Source: the human T2T-CHM13v2.0 reference genome, Homo sapiens
DNA length: 64,000 nucleotides
Assembly: GCA_009914755.4 (NCBI GenBank)
Contig: CP068257.2
Location: 24,832,001-24,896,000 of the forward strand
Direction of reading: 5' to 3'
Shown: positions 1 to 14,404 of the stretch, piece after piece
Layout of the letters: each line of letters begins with the position of its first letter
How positions within the stretch are numbered: position 1 is the stretch's first letter
Position numbers and translations under genes: made by a program
Notes under the pieces: model-generated
Seen by the model: the letters and a program-made list of their open reading frames with translations, nothing else
The model's database searches: none
What the model was told of the DNA's origin: nothing

Positions 1-39
1 CACAGCTATTCTTTTTCTTCCACATCCTACCACCTATAG

Positions 40-476
<437 letters not shown>

Positions 477-532
477 TACCATGTGTTCTTTTCTAGCACA
501 TATGCCATGAAAAAAGAAGAATACACCGTGCC

Positions 533-640
533 TTTTTTTTTTTTTTTTTTTTAACAGAGTAGGTGCCTTGCTATTTTGCCCAAGCCAGGATCAAACTTGA
601 GATCTTCCTGCCTTAGCCTCAGTAGTAGCTGGGGTGATCT
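533..640 (-). mobile_element. Truncated/diverged Alu-like fragment with poly-T tail
   Basis: A 20-nt poly-T is followed by agagtaggtgccttgct…gcccaagccagga…cttcctgccttagcctcagtagtagctgggg. This matches the antisense Alu right arm with deletions. Confidence 0.5.
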
Positions 641-2700
641 TATACTACTTTCTACTCCTTCTTGTTATCAATATCTGTGGTGTGTCCTACCCCAAACTTT
701 CCTTCACTGAAGACTTAACATCTGGCCCATGGTCTCTCTTTCCTCCACAACTTCTCTTATCGTTCTTGTGATTTCAACATCCACCTAACCCTGCCTCTCA
801 AGTCCCTTGACTATTTTTCCTTCAAAAGTCTCTTCACCCTTGTTGTTGGCAATAATAGTGCTATTTTGTAAATCTTAATTATAAATCTGACCACCACCCT
901 TTAGTATCTTTCTAGAATACTCATTCCACTGCATCTTGGACCTCACCTGGATTTCCAATTTACTAATGGCCATTTTAAAGGAATTCAAACTGATGTCACC
1001 TCTTTCCTGTCATGGTGTCCTTTGTTATTCAGCACTGATTTATGGGCCATCACTAAAATTACTCTTTTGCACCTATTGTCAATATTCTTATCTCCTTCTC
1101 CATTGCCTGGCAGAACCCCAACCCTTATTAAACCCAACACTTTGGTTATCCTGGATCAATATCTAGGAGCTTAATGTGACTAAAGAAAAATGCACAATGA
1201 TGCTGAATGATTTCACTTTGAGTAAATGACCATTTTCATAAGTGTTGTGGTCTTTGGCCTTGCTCAGAAGCCATACATTTCTTTAGACATTTCACACTCT
1301 TCATTTTCTGAGATTCCTGTTTCATGCTTTTTTTTCTTCTTAACCTCAAATACCTCCTCAGTTTTTTTCACTCTCAGCAGAAGACTTGCTTCTTATTTCA
1401 CTGAGAAAATTGGCACGAGCAAAAAAGAACATCCTTTGACCACCAAGTCTACAACTCATTGAAACTGTGTTTATGTACTTATTGCCTTACATATGCTGTA
1501 CATAAATAAATTGTCTCTGATCGTGCTGTACATAATGAATTGTCTCTGATCCCATCAAAGGCTAGCCCCTATACTTGTGTACCAAATTCCTTTCTTCCTC
1601 AGACTTAAGGACACTGATTTCCAACAATCCCTTCTATCTTCTGTATTCATCAGTTTCCCCCTTTATGTTTACCATCAGTGTACTAGCAAAATACAAGGCA
1701 CTACTATTTGGATTTCTCAATAAGAAAAACAACAACAACAACAAAACCTCTTGACTTCATGTCCACCTCAGTTTTCTCTACCCATTTTATAGCAAAATTT
1801 TGTACTTGCTAGCTCTACTTCATCATACCCATAAATTTTGTCTGTAGCATTAATTCTGCAACCACAGTTAATATGACATCAAAGAAGGTTTTCTCAGTTC
1901 ATGTTTGAATTCTCTGATTTGTACTAAAAACGTCTGCCTGGGCGAAGACTTGACTACATTAATGTATCCATTTTGTTTCCTTCCAGTGTCTTCAAGGTGA
2001 AGGCATCTTCATAGTCACAATATTATTATAGAGAATCTTTCCAGTATGAATTTTTGATGTGTAAAGAAGTTACACATCTGATGAAGATTGTTTTTAATAT
2101 TCAGTACAAACACAGAAGTTTTCTTTAGTATGAACATGAGCTTGTGATCTCTAAAAAGGTTTGATGAGTACTCAGAAGTCTTCTCATGTCAGTGCACATA
2201 CTAATAAGGTTTCTGTCATGTGTGAATTCAGTGATGCAAATGGGGTATTTATTTCTTAATGAAGTATTTCCAAGAGACTTGAAAGACTACAGGCCAGTTG
2301 TTTTATTGAATGTTCCCCAACTTGGGTTTGTCAGATATTTTCTCATGCTAAGATTTAGGCTGTGATCTTCCAGGTGGGACCTACATACATGAAACTGTGT
2401 TGTCCTCAGAGTAACACACTCAAAGGTCCATGATCTTTATCTGTCCTTTAGTAACCGTAAAGTTACTATTTTTCACCTGATAACTGACAAGAAATCTGGT
2501 GGACACTTTTAAGACCTGCGAATATCCTTCTCAGCACATTCTCCTCTAGATTTAGCATCGGTTGATGATTTTTGGCTAACTCTTTCTGTATGATGGTCTT
2601 AAAACAATTCTTTTCAATTCTATAACTCCCTTCTACATTTATTCTTTGACATTCTTCTGTTAGGAAGAGCCCCATTCCCCTCTCCAATTGTTTGTCTACC

Positions 2701-2709
2701 CTATCTATC

Positions 2710-2754
<45 letters not shown>

Positions 2755-2781
2755 ATCTTCTATTATCTATCTATCTATCTA
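2701..2781. repeat. (TATC)n / (GATA)n tetranucleotide microsatellite, about 18 units with two interruptions
   Basis: ctatctatcatctatctatctatc… read directly from the sequence. Confidence 0.95.
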
Positions 2782-4150
2782 AAAATCATTTCACAGGACT
2801 CAATAATATACGTCAAATCTCATTTTTCTTGATGGCACTGAAATCTCTTGCTTTCCTTTTGTTAGTATTTGACTTTTATATCTTTGGCAAGCCTTTTGTT
2901 ACAGTTTTACTATATTATTTTCTTTCAGATGTGTATATCCCAAACCTGCTTTTAAAAAAAAGGGTTAATATGATCACTTTCCTTTGTTAGCACTGAAGTT
3001 CTGAAAAGTAGTGGAAATGTAAAACTTGAAAATTCTTGCCTTCATGTGGACAATTTAAAAAATAATTGCAATTAAAGAGGACGTCTGTTCATTCTACCCA
3101 ATATGGCAAGAATGAAAGACTTTTGGAAGGTCACTGTCCAACATAGGGTCAGGTATGACAGCTGAATGACACTGTTTTCACCTCGTGTAGAGTAATAATG
3201 TTCACTCTAGGGCTCCCCACTGTACACTTTCACCTTTGCTAAATTATGCTCTCTGCATTTATCTGATCTGTGGGCTGTAGGACTATACAATAAGTTGGGT
3301 TGTTATCTCAATTATCATAGGGTTAATTAATTAGTGAGGGTAAAAGCATTTTGTGTTTCCATAGATGAAAGATTTTGAAAAGTATTCAATAGTATTATGT
3401 GTTGCTTCCTAAACCTTCAAGTAAAATCTTAATTAGCGCCTTTGAGAAGGAAATGAGAAGTAATCATGCACATTATGTTTTCGAAGACCTAGTCTTTTTT
3501 GCAGTAAAAATGTTTTCAGCATGAGGTTCATTATGTTTCTTCCATTATTCAGTTCTGAGAACAATGCATTTAATAAAAATGCAATACATTCCTGTGACCT
3601 GAAAGTATAAATGATGCTAATATAAAGTTTTAAAAACATATTTCCGTCGGCTAATTGAAATTTCAAACCCAAGAAAACATGTGACCTTACATTACTATCG
3701 TGACATTTAGTATTTTCTAACTTTATTCAAAGTTTGAACTTACAGAAGGATAAAATAAAATATTGAACATTTTATAAAAATATTTAAACATTATTTTCAA
3801 TTAAACTTTTTTGATCAAGCTAATGAGTATCTAGAACGTTATCTGCAAAGCAATTCTTCATACCTTCTCTACAATTAATGTCTTTGCTTGACTTTCTTCT
3901 GTTTTTCTCTTGGGTTATGGTTTGACCAAGGGAAAAAATTCAGAGGTATAAATAATAATAAAAATAATTCCATCTATTTTTTTCCTTATATTCCAACATC
4001 TTTACAGTAACCCTACCAATATTCTTGCAAGTTGGGAATATTTGAAATTGCATGTTACTTTTGTAGTGAGTACATTCCAGGGTGAAACTTAAAGTCAATT
4101 CCCTAGGGTATTGATATATGATTAATTCAGGTCTTTTCATGAGTTGTGTT

Positions 4151-4297
4151 CATCATTCATTCAGCTGAGTGCCCATTATGTACCAGGCCTGGTCTTACAT
4201 GCTTGGAATAGAGTGTTGAACAAAATAGACCAAGATCTCTGCCTCATGGAGTTCATATTCTAGGAAGAGGAAATGAACAATAAACAATCAACATAAT
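4151..4297 (-). mobile_element. Ancient MIR/L2-type repeat fragment
   Basis: catcattcattcagctgagtgcccattatgtaccaggcc … ctcatggagttcatattctaggaagagg…aataaacaa. This resembles the antisense MIR/L2 3' motif (ttcattcattcaacaaatatttattgagcacctactatgtgccagg). Confidence 0.45.
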
Positions 4298-5793
4298 GAT
4301 TAGCTAAACTATACGATATCTTGGAAGATTAAAAGCACTCTGGATAAAAAGCAGAGCAGCACAAAGAGAATTGGGATGCTGTCAGAAGGGACACATTACA
4401 ATCTTAAATAGGGTGTATTAAATCAGGGCAGACTCCATTCAGGAGGTGACCTTTGATTAAAGACTTAAATGAAGTGAGGGAGTCAGTATTCTAGGCAAAG
4501 CCCTATGGTGGAAGTGTGGCCTTGTGAGTTCATGGAACAGCAAGGGAAAAAAATGTGACTGGAGACAGAGTGGCCAGGGAGAGAGTAGAAAAAAAGGAGG
4601 CCTGGGAAATAAAAAGAACAGCCAACTCATGCAGTACCTTGAAGGCCTCAGTAAAGAATCTGCCTTTTACTTTGGATAAAATGAAGAACCACACGCTTTA
4701 ATGCCTCCTCTGCGGGAAATGGGGAACCGCTGGAAGATTCTGAGCACAGGAGTAATACGATCTGACATCTACTTTGAAAGGTTCACTCTGGCTACTGGGT
4801 TGAGAATAGACCCCAGGGGGCAAAGGGTGGATGCTGGGAGACCAGCCAGGATGTTATTAGAGTAAAGGAAGTGAGAGCTGATGAAGTTCTCCTACTAGGG
4901 GAGTAACAATATCTACTTCTCACTGTGAGAAGTAGTCAAAATACTGTATATATTTTGAAGGTAGAGCCAAGAAGTTTTCCTGGTAGAGTGCATGGTTTCT
5001 GGCCTGAGCAACTAGGATAGAGATGCCATCAAGAGAAATGGTAAAGGCTGTGAGTGGACAGGGGTTTTGGGGGAAATCCAACACTTGGATCAGAAATCCA
5101 AGTTTAGACATGTCAAATTTGGGATATTTATGAGACACTCAAGTGGAGATGTTCAATAGGCACTGGGATAAAATGAATTGGTTTGGACTGGAGATACATG
5201 GGAGGCATTAGCATATAAATGGCACTTACCACCCTGAGGTTGTAATACTCTTAATACAGGCAAAGAAGTAAGTGTAGATACAATATGGAAGAAAAGACAA
5301 GACTGAGCCTTCAGGTACTCCAGTATGAAAATATTATAGAAGAAGAACTGGCCAAAGAGGAACAAGAGGAATTATCATACCCTTATTGATCTGAAATTTG
5401 CTCCCTCAAGTTGAAGATGATAGAGGAAAAAAAAAAAAAAGATTGACAGAGGAAGGACAGAACAGGGAATTAATACAAATACAAAGCACAGTTGCATGTA
5501 GAAGGTACCCTGTTCTTTTCCTGTAGAGACAGAGAAAGAAAAGACATGAGTATGGATGGGAAATTAACTTCCTAAGAGTGTGTTAAATTTAGAACTTGCC
5601 TGCTTTTTATATGTCAAATTGTACATGCACAGATTGACTTAGAAAGCATTATTGAAATCCTCTAATGCAAAATGCAGTATTTTGTTTATGAAGTCACATG
5701 TACTCAATATATTTTAATACATGGAACTTCTAGCATATTCTCAATAAATATTTGTCAAATTATTAATATATTGCCCTTGCTCTTTGTTGAAAT

Positions 5794-5935
5794 TTTTTTT
5801 TTCTTTTGTATTTTTAGTAGAGACTGAGTTTCTCCAAGTTGGCCAGGCTAGTCATGAACCCTTGCCCTCAAGTGATCCACCCACCTCGGCCTACCAAAAT
5901 GTTGGGATTACAGGCGTGAGCCACTGTGCCTGGCC
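5794..5935 (-). mobile_element. Alu left-monomer fragment (FLAM-like or 5'-half Alu, antisense)
   Basis: tttgtatttttagtagagactgagtttctccaagttggccaggctagtc…cctcggcctaccaaaatgttgggattacaggcgtgagccactgtgcctggcc. Confidence 0.75.
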
Positions 5936-6381
5936 TGTTGAGAATTTTAATATTGTGTTTAAAGCTGTTCTCTCGACCTAATGAAGATATATGAAAATTT
6001 TCTTGAATGCTTTTTCTCAAGACATATATATCTATTGGATCAGATGCCAGTTTATTGAGACATACATTATACTTTATAAATTACTTGTCAGTACTCACTA
6101 GCAGGTAGACACAGTGGGTGTGAATTGCTTATTTGTCTTAATTCTGGCTGACTGGCAATTGTAGTCAATGAAACAGACATTAAAAATATGAATACCTTCA
6201 AAAAAAAAGAATTGGGTTGTATTACTTGGATCTAAGCAATCTTGATTCAGCTAGAACTTCAATCTACATGTACCTAGAAATACTCTATGAAATTGAAGGT
6301 GGTTTCATTGACCATCTAGAATGTTTCCTTCTCTCTGTGAGGAGCAGAGGATAACTAGCAAATCTGAGCCTTCGAGAGTCA

Positions 6382-6579
<198 letters not shown>

Positions 6580-7639
6580 TCAAAAGACTTGTAAGCATTC
6601 TTTAGACTTTCTAGTAGAGCTCCATGATTATAGGACAAGTGTTTTCTTACAAATGTTCTTAAGGATAATGTGTGTGTGTTTTTCTTTTCTTTTTTTTTTT
6701 AAAACCCATAAGTTCCCTGAATTGATAAAGCAAATAGTCTGTATTTCAATAGATATGAAAAAGTTATAAAAATCCTCTTCTAGCACCGTTGACCAATTCA
6801 TCATTCAGATTCCAGTTCTTAAAATTCATGTTTTGATACAAAGCACAATTCTCTAGATATGCTCTCCAAAGTAATAATTTTAAAAACCATTCTGCTGTGT
6901 ATCTAAACAGCAAAGAATTTATCTGTTGGGCATAGCATGTATGTGTTTAATGAAAACAACTTGGTAGATGTCAGAATATTAAGTGAAATTTAACACTCAT
7001 TCCTGATTAACACTCTTCATAGAACAAGAATATTTGTTTCTTAATAAAAGAAAACCAAACCAAACTTCATATTTTTAAGCTACCCAGAGAACAGTTATGA
7101 CAAATAAGTATCCCATTAATTCAGGAAGAACATAAATAAAACTTCGATTTCTACTAATGTTAATGGTTTCTTTCCCGCAGAAAGTTTTAGCTCATGCAAC
7201 AAAACCATAAATAGAAAAAAAAGCCGAATAGCAGAAAAGAGTCAACATTATGATTGTTTGTGTGGAATATAATTTGTAGGTAACTACATTTTTCTGTTAT
7301 TTTGAAAAGCAATGGGGAAATCTTTATCAAAATATAAATTTTGACCAAGAAGCATCATTTTTAGCAATGCTCCCTAAGGAAATGTAGCACATAAGCATAA
7401 ATACTATAACAAGGATGTTCATCACAGTGTTGTGGCTAATAGCAAAATAGGAGAAACATCCTAATGTCCATAAAAAGAGGACTGACAGAAAAAAATTCGT
7501 CAGAAAAGGAATCTTACATATTGATTAAAAAGGGTCAAGAGATCCACATGGATTGAAGTGAAATGTTTATGATACATGGTTAACTTAATAGTAATACTAT
7601 TACTATTGATAGTAATTTGTATTCATTCAATTAATTAGT

Positions 7640-7865
7640 GTTAGCTTCCAGCACCATCCATGTGCCTGCAAAAGACATGATCTTGTTCTTTTTTATGGCT
7701 GCATAATATTCCACGGTGTATATGTACTACATTTTCTTTATCCAGTCTGTCACTGATGGGCATTTAGGTTGATTCCATGTCTTTTCTATTGTGAACAGTG
7801 CTGCAATGAACATTTGCATGCATGTGTCTTTATGGTAGAATGCTTCATTTTCCTCTGGGAATGAA
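7640..7865 (-). mobile_element. L1 (LINE-1) internal fragment, antisense (ORF2 3'-end region)
   Basis: gttagcttccagcaccatccatgtgcctgcaaaagacatgatcttgttcttttttatggctgcataatattccacggtgtatatgtactacattttctttatccagtctgtcactgatgggcatttaggttgattccatgtc matches the reverse complement of the L1PA ORF2 3' region. Confidence 0.75.
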
Positions 7866-7975
7866 TTAGTATTAATTGAATACTAATTCAATTAATTAGT
7901 ATTTTCAATACTTACTAGTATTGAATACTAGTAATTAGTATTGATAGTAATTAGTATTGAATGGAAAAGCAAGTA
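7866..7975. repeat. AT-rich minisatellite-like tract built from aattagtattga / tagtaattagtattga units
   Basis: gaattagtattaattgaatactaattcaattaattagtattttcaatacttactagtattgaatactagtaattagtattgatagtaattagtattgaatgg. A related tract lies at 7590-7640 on the other side of the L1 fragment. Confidence 0.5.
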
Positions 7976-10900
7976 TTAACAGGATACTACCAGTAATAAC
8001 AGAATAATTGCCATGAGGTAAAACTGCATTTCTATGTATCAAGTTTTTTATTATCTACAGTGATGATCTTGTAAATGTGAAAAATAAAAATATTCACTTT
8101 CTCATTTGCATATTCCACAAAAGCAACCACTTCAACCCTTTCAGTTATTTTTTCTAATACCCTCTCTCCTATTTCTCAATATTATTATTACATTATTTTA
8201 TATTTTTTGTTTTTACACATTATTTATTGCCTCCTCTTATACTATTTGGGAATGCAGATCTCTCAGACAAGATTTATCCTTGGTTAAATCAGTCTTCAGT
8301 ATTTACATTGCCATAACTTTGCTATCTGCTGAGCCAAGCAATGTACCATAGTTAACTTTTACAAATTATTATCGCATTTATTTTACAACTTACTATTTTT
8401 AAAGAATTTCCATGAATTTTTATTTTTCCATATACATATTGATATCTGCTCCTTGCAAAAATTCCTAGAAATCTTTCCCACATTATCAGTAGCTTTTTCA
8501 TACTCAAACATAGTAAAATAGCTTATCAGTTCTGTTCTGCTCCCCTGATGATTTCCTTCTTACAGCAACTAAGACTACTGGTTGTTCCGAACCTGGAACT
8601 GTTCCCCTTGAGCCCTGTTTGCTGGTCCTCACATTTAGTTTCTGGACCCAATTCTTGCTAATTCTTGGTGAACTGCATTGTTTGTTGAAGCACGTTCCTG
8701 AATGGCTTCTTAAAAATCGACTCAAAGGAAAGTAGATTTTTCAAGTCTTTGAATGCCTGAAAATGACTTAATGCTTCACTCTTACGTGATTGATAATTCA
8801 TCTATGCATGAAATTCTAAACTGCAAGACATTATTTCTTAGAAATATGAGGGCATTGCTTATTGTCTTCTAGAATTTGGAGCTGCTGTAAAGAATTCCCA
8901 TGGCATTATAATTACTTTCCTTTGTGTGATACCGTTTTTTCTTTTCTTTCTTTCTGGAAGTTCTTAGCATTTTCTTTTTACTCTTGGTATTCTAAAATTT
9001 CATAATGTGCCTGGGTTTAAAATATATATATTTTCCAGGTCCTTTTGATTCTTTATGTTCGGAGACTCACGTCCTTCAGTTGTTGAAACTTCTCCATACA
9101 ATGTTAATTTTTTCTTCACTATTTTCTGTATTCTTCTTTCTGGAAACTCATTCTGAAATAAGCTTTTGAACTTTCTGGATCGATTCTCTAACTCTTTTTT
9201 AAAATCCTTTTTAAAAAACTACTGTCTGGAGAATTTCATTGACTTTATCTTCCAAAGTTGTACTAAACTTTAAATTACAGTTATCTTATTTTTAATTTTC
9301 TGGTGCTTTATCTCATCCTCTATTGCACTCCCCTCCCTGTTTCCAGTGTCTGTGTTTCTTCCATTGATGCAGTCTCTTAATCTTTGAAAGCACCAATGAT
9401 ATATTCTTTGATACTTTCTCTACTGTTTGTATTTCCTCGTCCTGTCTGGGTTCTTTTTTATTGATTGTTCATTTTGATCTCATTCATATTTGATGTTTTC
9501 TTCAAATGTCTGGTGATCCTTGAATTCTCTCCTATCAAAAAAAAAAAAAAGCTTGAAGTAGCTACTTGGAAGTTTAGTTTGCAAGCCAGAATTTGACAGG
9601 TGAACTCCAAAGAACAGGACAAACTGAGATCAGACCATAGATCTTTTCCTTGGGGCTATTCATTTTTCTCCATGAAAGCATTCTCCAATTTCATACTTGG
9701 GGAGCATCAGCCTCACTGCCAATATCCCGGAGCTTGGAATTGTACTCATAAGGATATGAACTTTCATGAAATCCTTACGCTTTCATCTCAGAGACCCAGT
9801 CTCTGGCTTCGCTTTGTCGGCTGTCTTTTGGGTTTCACTCTGGAGGCTTACGGGTTTAAGTCTTCACAAACCATTCTTTGTTGTGTAAAAGCATGATCTC
9901 TGAAGGCAGATCACCTGGGTACCAACTATAGCTGTGGAACCTTGGGCATGTTGCTCAATCTCTCTGTGCCTCAGTTTCCTCATTTATAAAGGGAAGGTCA
10001 GTTTGGTGCTCATTTGACTCTCCTCCCAAATTTCTTGTCATGAGTCTTGTGCTCCTGGACTTATCTGTTGGGTAAATAGGTCCTTATTCTCAGTGGTACC
10101 TGAACACCTATCCTATACTTTTCTGAGACTGGCCATAATTTCTTACCCCAAACCACTGGGGCCAGATCTGTCTCATAGTCAGAAATTTTCAGATTTTGTA
10201 AAGAAAATACATACACTACGCATTGTGAAATATTCCCAGGGGCAGCTAGGGCAGCATGTTGAGAACATTTATATTCCTACAGCGAAGGTGGGAATATTAA
10301 CGCTGTTAGATTATATGGGGACTACACAAAAGCCCAAGGTTGGTTCAGGTCAAGTCTGGCCACCAACTGACCTTTATCTGCAATTCTGAAATCCACAGAA
10401 AACTCTGAAAACTGAAAGTGCACATAAGGGATTGTGAAGCTGTATTTATACTTTCCAGAGGATATTTTCTCTCTAACACTTTTCCCCACCTACATACAAA
10501 AATAGAATGCCATTAAGAATATCAATAAACTCCTTTAAAATACTTCTATAGGCATTTTTACTTAGTTATTAAGAAGGCAGAATGTGAGACATATTTGGAT
10601 GTGTTGCTATTAGTAATTAAATAATAGCAGAGTCCAGTAGTTTAATAAATAAATCTTTTCAAGAAAAAAAGATCTATGAAAGGAGATAATTTGAAGTGAG
10701 AAAATTAAAAGTAATCTGGAAACTTCCTTTATTGTAAGTTTCAGGTCCAAATAAGATTAAACTGGAGGACTTAATTTATGTTCCAGAAATAATCAATGGC
10801 CCAGTTATTCAGGCATAGAGTTTCCAAACTATGTGTTATGGAAGCTGTTAAGATATCGAATTGGGACATATTTATATTCATTAATTCTTTTCTTAAATAG

Positions 10901-11282
10901 AGGAAAGTAGAAAATTAGTCACATTTTGTTTCCTTGTTGGCAGCTCCAGCAAAAGTGCCTGCTCTTGAGGTCAATAATGAGGTTGCAACTAATGTATTAA
11001 ATTAGTTTTTTTGATTAAATCATGAAGTTGGTGCCCTTGATCCTTTGATACCCATTAGCAATCGTAAATTAGTTATTTAAGACATGGCAAGTATAAAATT
11101 TACAGCATTATTTACTTTGTAATTAATAAAAAGAAACAATAAACAAATAGTAACTTTCCTGCATATAAATAATTGGCTCAGTCAACTGCTGGAAAGTGAG
11201 AAGCTATTAATTTGAAAAATCTGGCATCATTAAAACCTTGAAAAAATTTCAGGGAATGTATTTTTTTTAAAACAACGCCTTG

Positions 11283-12790
11283 CAAGGTTTGCACATTTTC
11301 CTCTCTCCTTTTAAACTTTTATTTTAAAATAATTATAAATTCACGGGAAGTGTAAAAAGAGTACAGAGAGAGCTCACGTACCCTTCACCCAGTTTCCCCA
11401 GATGGTTACATCTTAAGTAACAATGGCACAACATGAAAAGCAGGAAATTGACATTACTATAAGGTGTATTTATAGTTCCATGTCATCTGAACACATGCAC
11501 AGAGTCATATAACCACTACAGCAAGCAAGATACAAAACTATTCCATCATCACAAAATATTTCCCTTTCGCTATTACTTTGCTTTATGGTCATATCCAACA
11601 TGCCTTCTCTCTGCCATCAATAACCCCGGGTATCAGCAATCTGTTCTCCGTTTCTGTAATTTAGTCATTTCAAGAAGATTATACAAATGGAATCATACAG
11701 CATGTGAGTTTTGGAGATAGTCTTTTTTCCCTCAGCGTAATGCCTTTGGAATCCATTCCAGTTTCTGCATGTATCAGTAGTTCATTCCTAGATGAGCAAG
11801 CAGTCCATAATATGGCTATAACACACTTTGTTTAACCATTATTTATTGTAGGGCATTTTGGTTTGACAAATAAAGTTGCTATAAACAATCATGTACAGAT
11901 TTTTGTGTGGACATAAGTATTCATTTCTCTGCAATAAATGCCCAGAAGTGCAATTACTGGGATGTACGATAAATGTATGTTTGAGTTTTAAAGAAACTTC
12001 CAAGTTATTTACATTCCTACCAGCAAGGTATGAGAGATCCTCTCTGCGTCCTTGCCAGTATCTAGTTTTATAATCTGTTTTTTAGCTGTTTTAACGGATA
12101 AAGCATTAAGTGTAGTGGTATTTCATCATGGCCTTAATTTGCATTCCCGTAATGGCTAGCAAGGTTGAACATGTTTTCGAAAGCTTATTTGCCATTCATC
12201 TTCTTCAGTGAAATGTCCACCTGAGTCTTTTGCCCATATTCTAATTGGATTGCTTGGTTATTTTACTGTTGAGTTTTTGAGAATTATTTGAGTCCTTTAC
12301 AAAATATGTAGTTTGCGAATATTTTTACTGGTCTGTAGCACATCTTTTCATTCTCCCAACAGGGTCGTTCACAGAACAAAAGTTTTTAAATAAAGTCCAA
12401 TCTATCATTTTTTTTCTTTTATGGATTGTGCTTTGGGGTCATACGTGGGAACTTTTCATGAAGCCCTAGGTCCTGAAGACTTTCTCCTATGCTTCTTTCT
12501 AAAAGACTGATTATTTTACATTTGATATTTAAACCTATGATCTGTTTTTGTTTAATTTCTGTACGAGGTATTAGATTTAGGTTGAGGTTCATTATTACCA
12601 GATTATTTTGCCTGTGGATAGCCAGCTACTTCAGTACCATTTATTAAAAGCATTCCTCATCCCCCCATCGCATTGCTTTTGCACCTTTGTCAAAAATCAG
12701 TTGGCCTGTGCAGGACTGTTTCTAGGTTCTAATTTAGCTAATTTTTTTTTCTTTTTTTGCAAAATGAGATTTTATAATCAAGATATTAAA
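11283..12790 (-). mobile_element. Ancient L1 (L1M/L1MB-MC type) 3' portion, antisense
   Basis: Long collinear match to the antisense old-L1 3' end: cttttaaacttttattttaaaataattataaattcacgggaagtgtaaaaagagtacagagag…, then …ataaagttgctataaacaatcatgtacagatttttgtgtggacataagtattcatttctctg…tttacaaaatatgtagtttgcgaatatttttact…aaagtttttaaataaagtccaatctatc…. Confidence 0.65.
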
Positions 12791-14354
12791 TGTATCTATG
12801 GTGGCTGAAATAATATGAAACTGTCTTTTATAACAAAGCTCAGAGATAATATATTTTATTCCATAAATCGCTTTTCATGAGTAAAAAAAGATTCTGATAA
12901 TGTTGCCATGTTGCAGTAACACTTTTAGGCTTAGCACTGCTATACAGCAGCTTACTAGTTATCTTGATGTGGTTTTACTATTAATATTAAATAATATTTA
13001 AGGAAAATAGCAGATATGAAAAGTACGCCAGAGTAATATTTATCTTCTTCTCGGATACGACCCAATTTACAAATGCATTTTATAAAACTATAAATCAAAG
13101 GGCTTATGAATATTCTATGTAATAATTTAGTAACAGCAGTCCCAATAAAGTAGAAAAATTAAAAAGGCCATGCGGATATTTGATATCTATATTTGATACC
13201 ACACGGATATTTTACACCTATACAAAAAGTGGGGAAAATTCTAGAATATTTTTGTTAGGATAAACTTCCATATGGAAATAAGAGTTTGAAATAAAATACC
13301 TTTACCTTTGAAATAAGTCAAAGGTAAAAGTATCAGAAGAGAGAGTTCTCTGGAAAAAGTAACCATAGCTTCAAAAGAATAAACTTAAAGTAGGTTTATT
13401 TCTTATTAAAATAAAAAAATTATAAGTGAAGCTAAAGCATTTTTATCTTTTGTTAAAGAAGGTAATATTTAGTCGACTTATTTATTTGTGATGATACACA
13501 TGAGATGAATTAAGCAATGATAAAAATCCTATTCCTACTACAGCGCTGAAAGTCGACTACATACATGAGAATAAATCTTGGCAAAATTCTATATCAGATC
13601 ATCCTACTTCCTCAATAATTCATTCTTTTGGCCAATTCATTAAAATACTGTAATACCCTTGAATACAATGTTTTATTATAAATCATTGGCAATTTTAGTA
13701 ACACTTTGACTTGCTTAACTTAAAAATAATGCATTTTCTTCTCTGTTGCTTAAATAAATACAGAAAATAATAGAAAAACAAACTCAATGGAGTATCATTT
13801 TCAATATTAACAGTATTTACTTATATTAATCGTAGGATCTCAGAACTATCTCTATTTCTATTTTTATCTCTATGAGTCTGGTTACATGTACATCTATGTA
13901 TACGTGTATCAGATAAGAAAACCATAATATCGAATAGTTAAATTGTTATTAAATATTGTTACTACTCCAAGTGTAAAATGCTTAGGAGGGTAGGAAGACC
14001 AATCCATGTAATTTTTCCAGTAAGTCTACATTACTTGCAAAAAAAAAAAAATCTGTAAAATCCAAATATGCTAATAATGTTTATTTTGCTTTTTTTTTTC
14101 TTTCATTCTGGTGACTCCCCTTAATAACTTCACTCAATATATCCTCTTTCTTGGGGCTTTATAGATAACTTCTTTCTGTTAGCCTCATGATAATAAAACT
14201 GGAAACTAATATCTCTTTGAATGAATAAATTTACGTGATTTATTGACTCAAGCCCCATGACAGAGACAATTGTGTAACCCAATATTCATTTTCTACATTT
14301 TCCTTGATAAAAGAAGTCTGAGGGTTGACTAAAATAAAGACTACATCTTCCCCT

Positions 14355-14404
14355 ACTTCCTTCCTTCCTTCCTTCCTTCCTTCCTTCCTTCCTTCCTTCC
14401 TTCC
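14355..14404. repeat. (TTCC)n / (GGAA)n microsatellite (about 12 units) replacing the poly-T end of the adjacent antisense Alu
   Basis: cttccttccttccttcc… immediately 5' of the Alu antisense start agacaaggtctaactgcgtcacccaggctggagtgcagtg. Confidence 0.95.

Noticed and set aside
8100-9560. Possible additional ancient L1 (antisense) between 8.1 and 9.6 kb
   Set aside because: The sequence has the general look of decayed antisense L1 ORF sequence (ttctttctggaagttcttagcattttc…, …ctgggtttaaaatatatatattttccag…). I could not anchor a convincing collinear alignment to L1 consensus from memory, so I did not annotate it.
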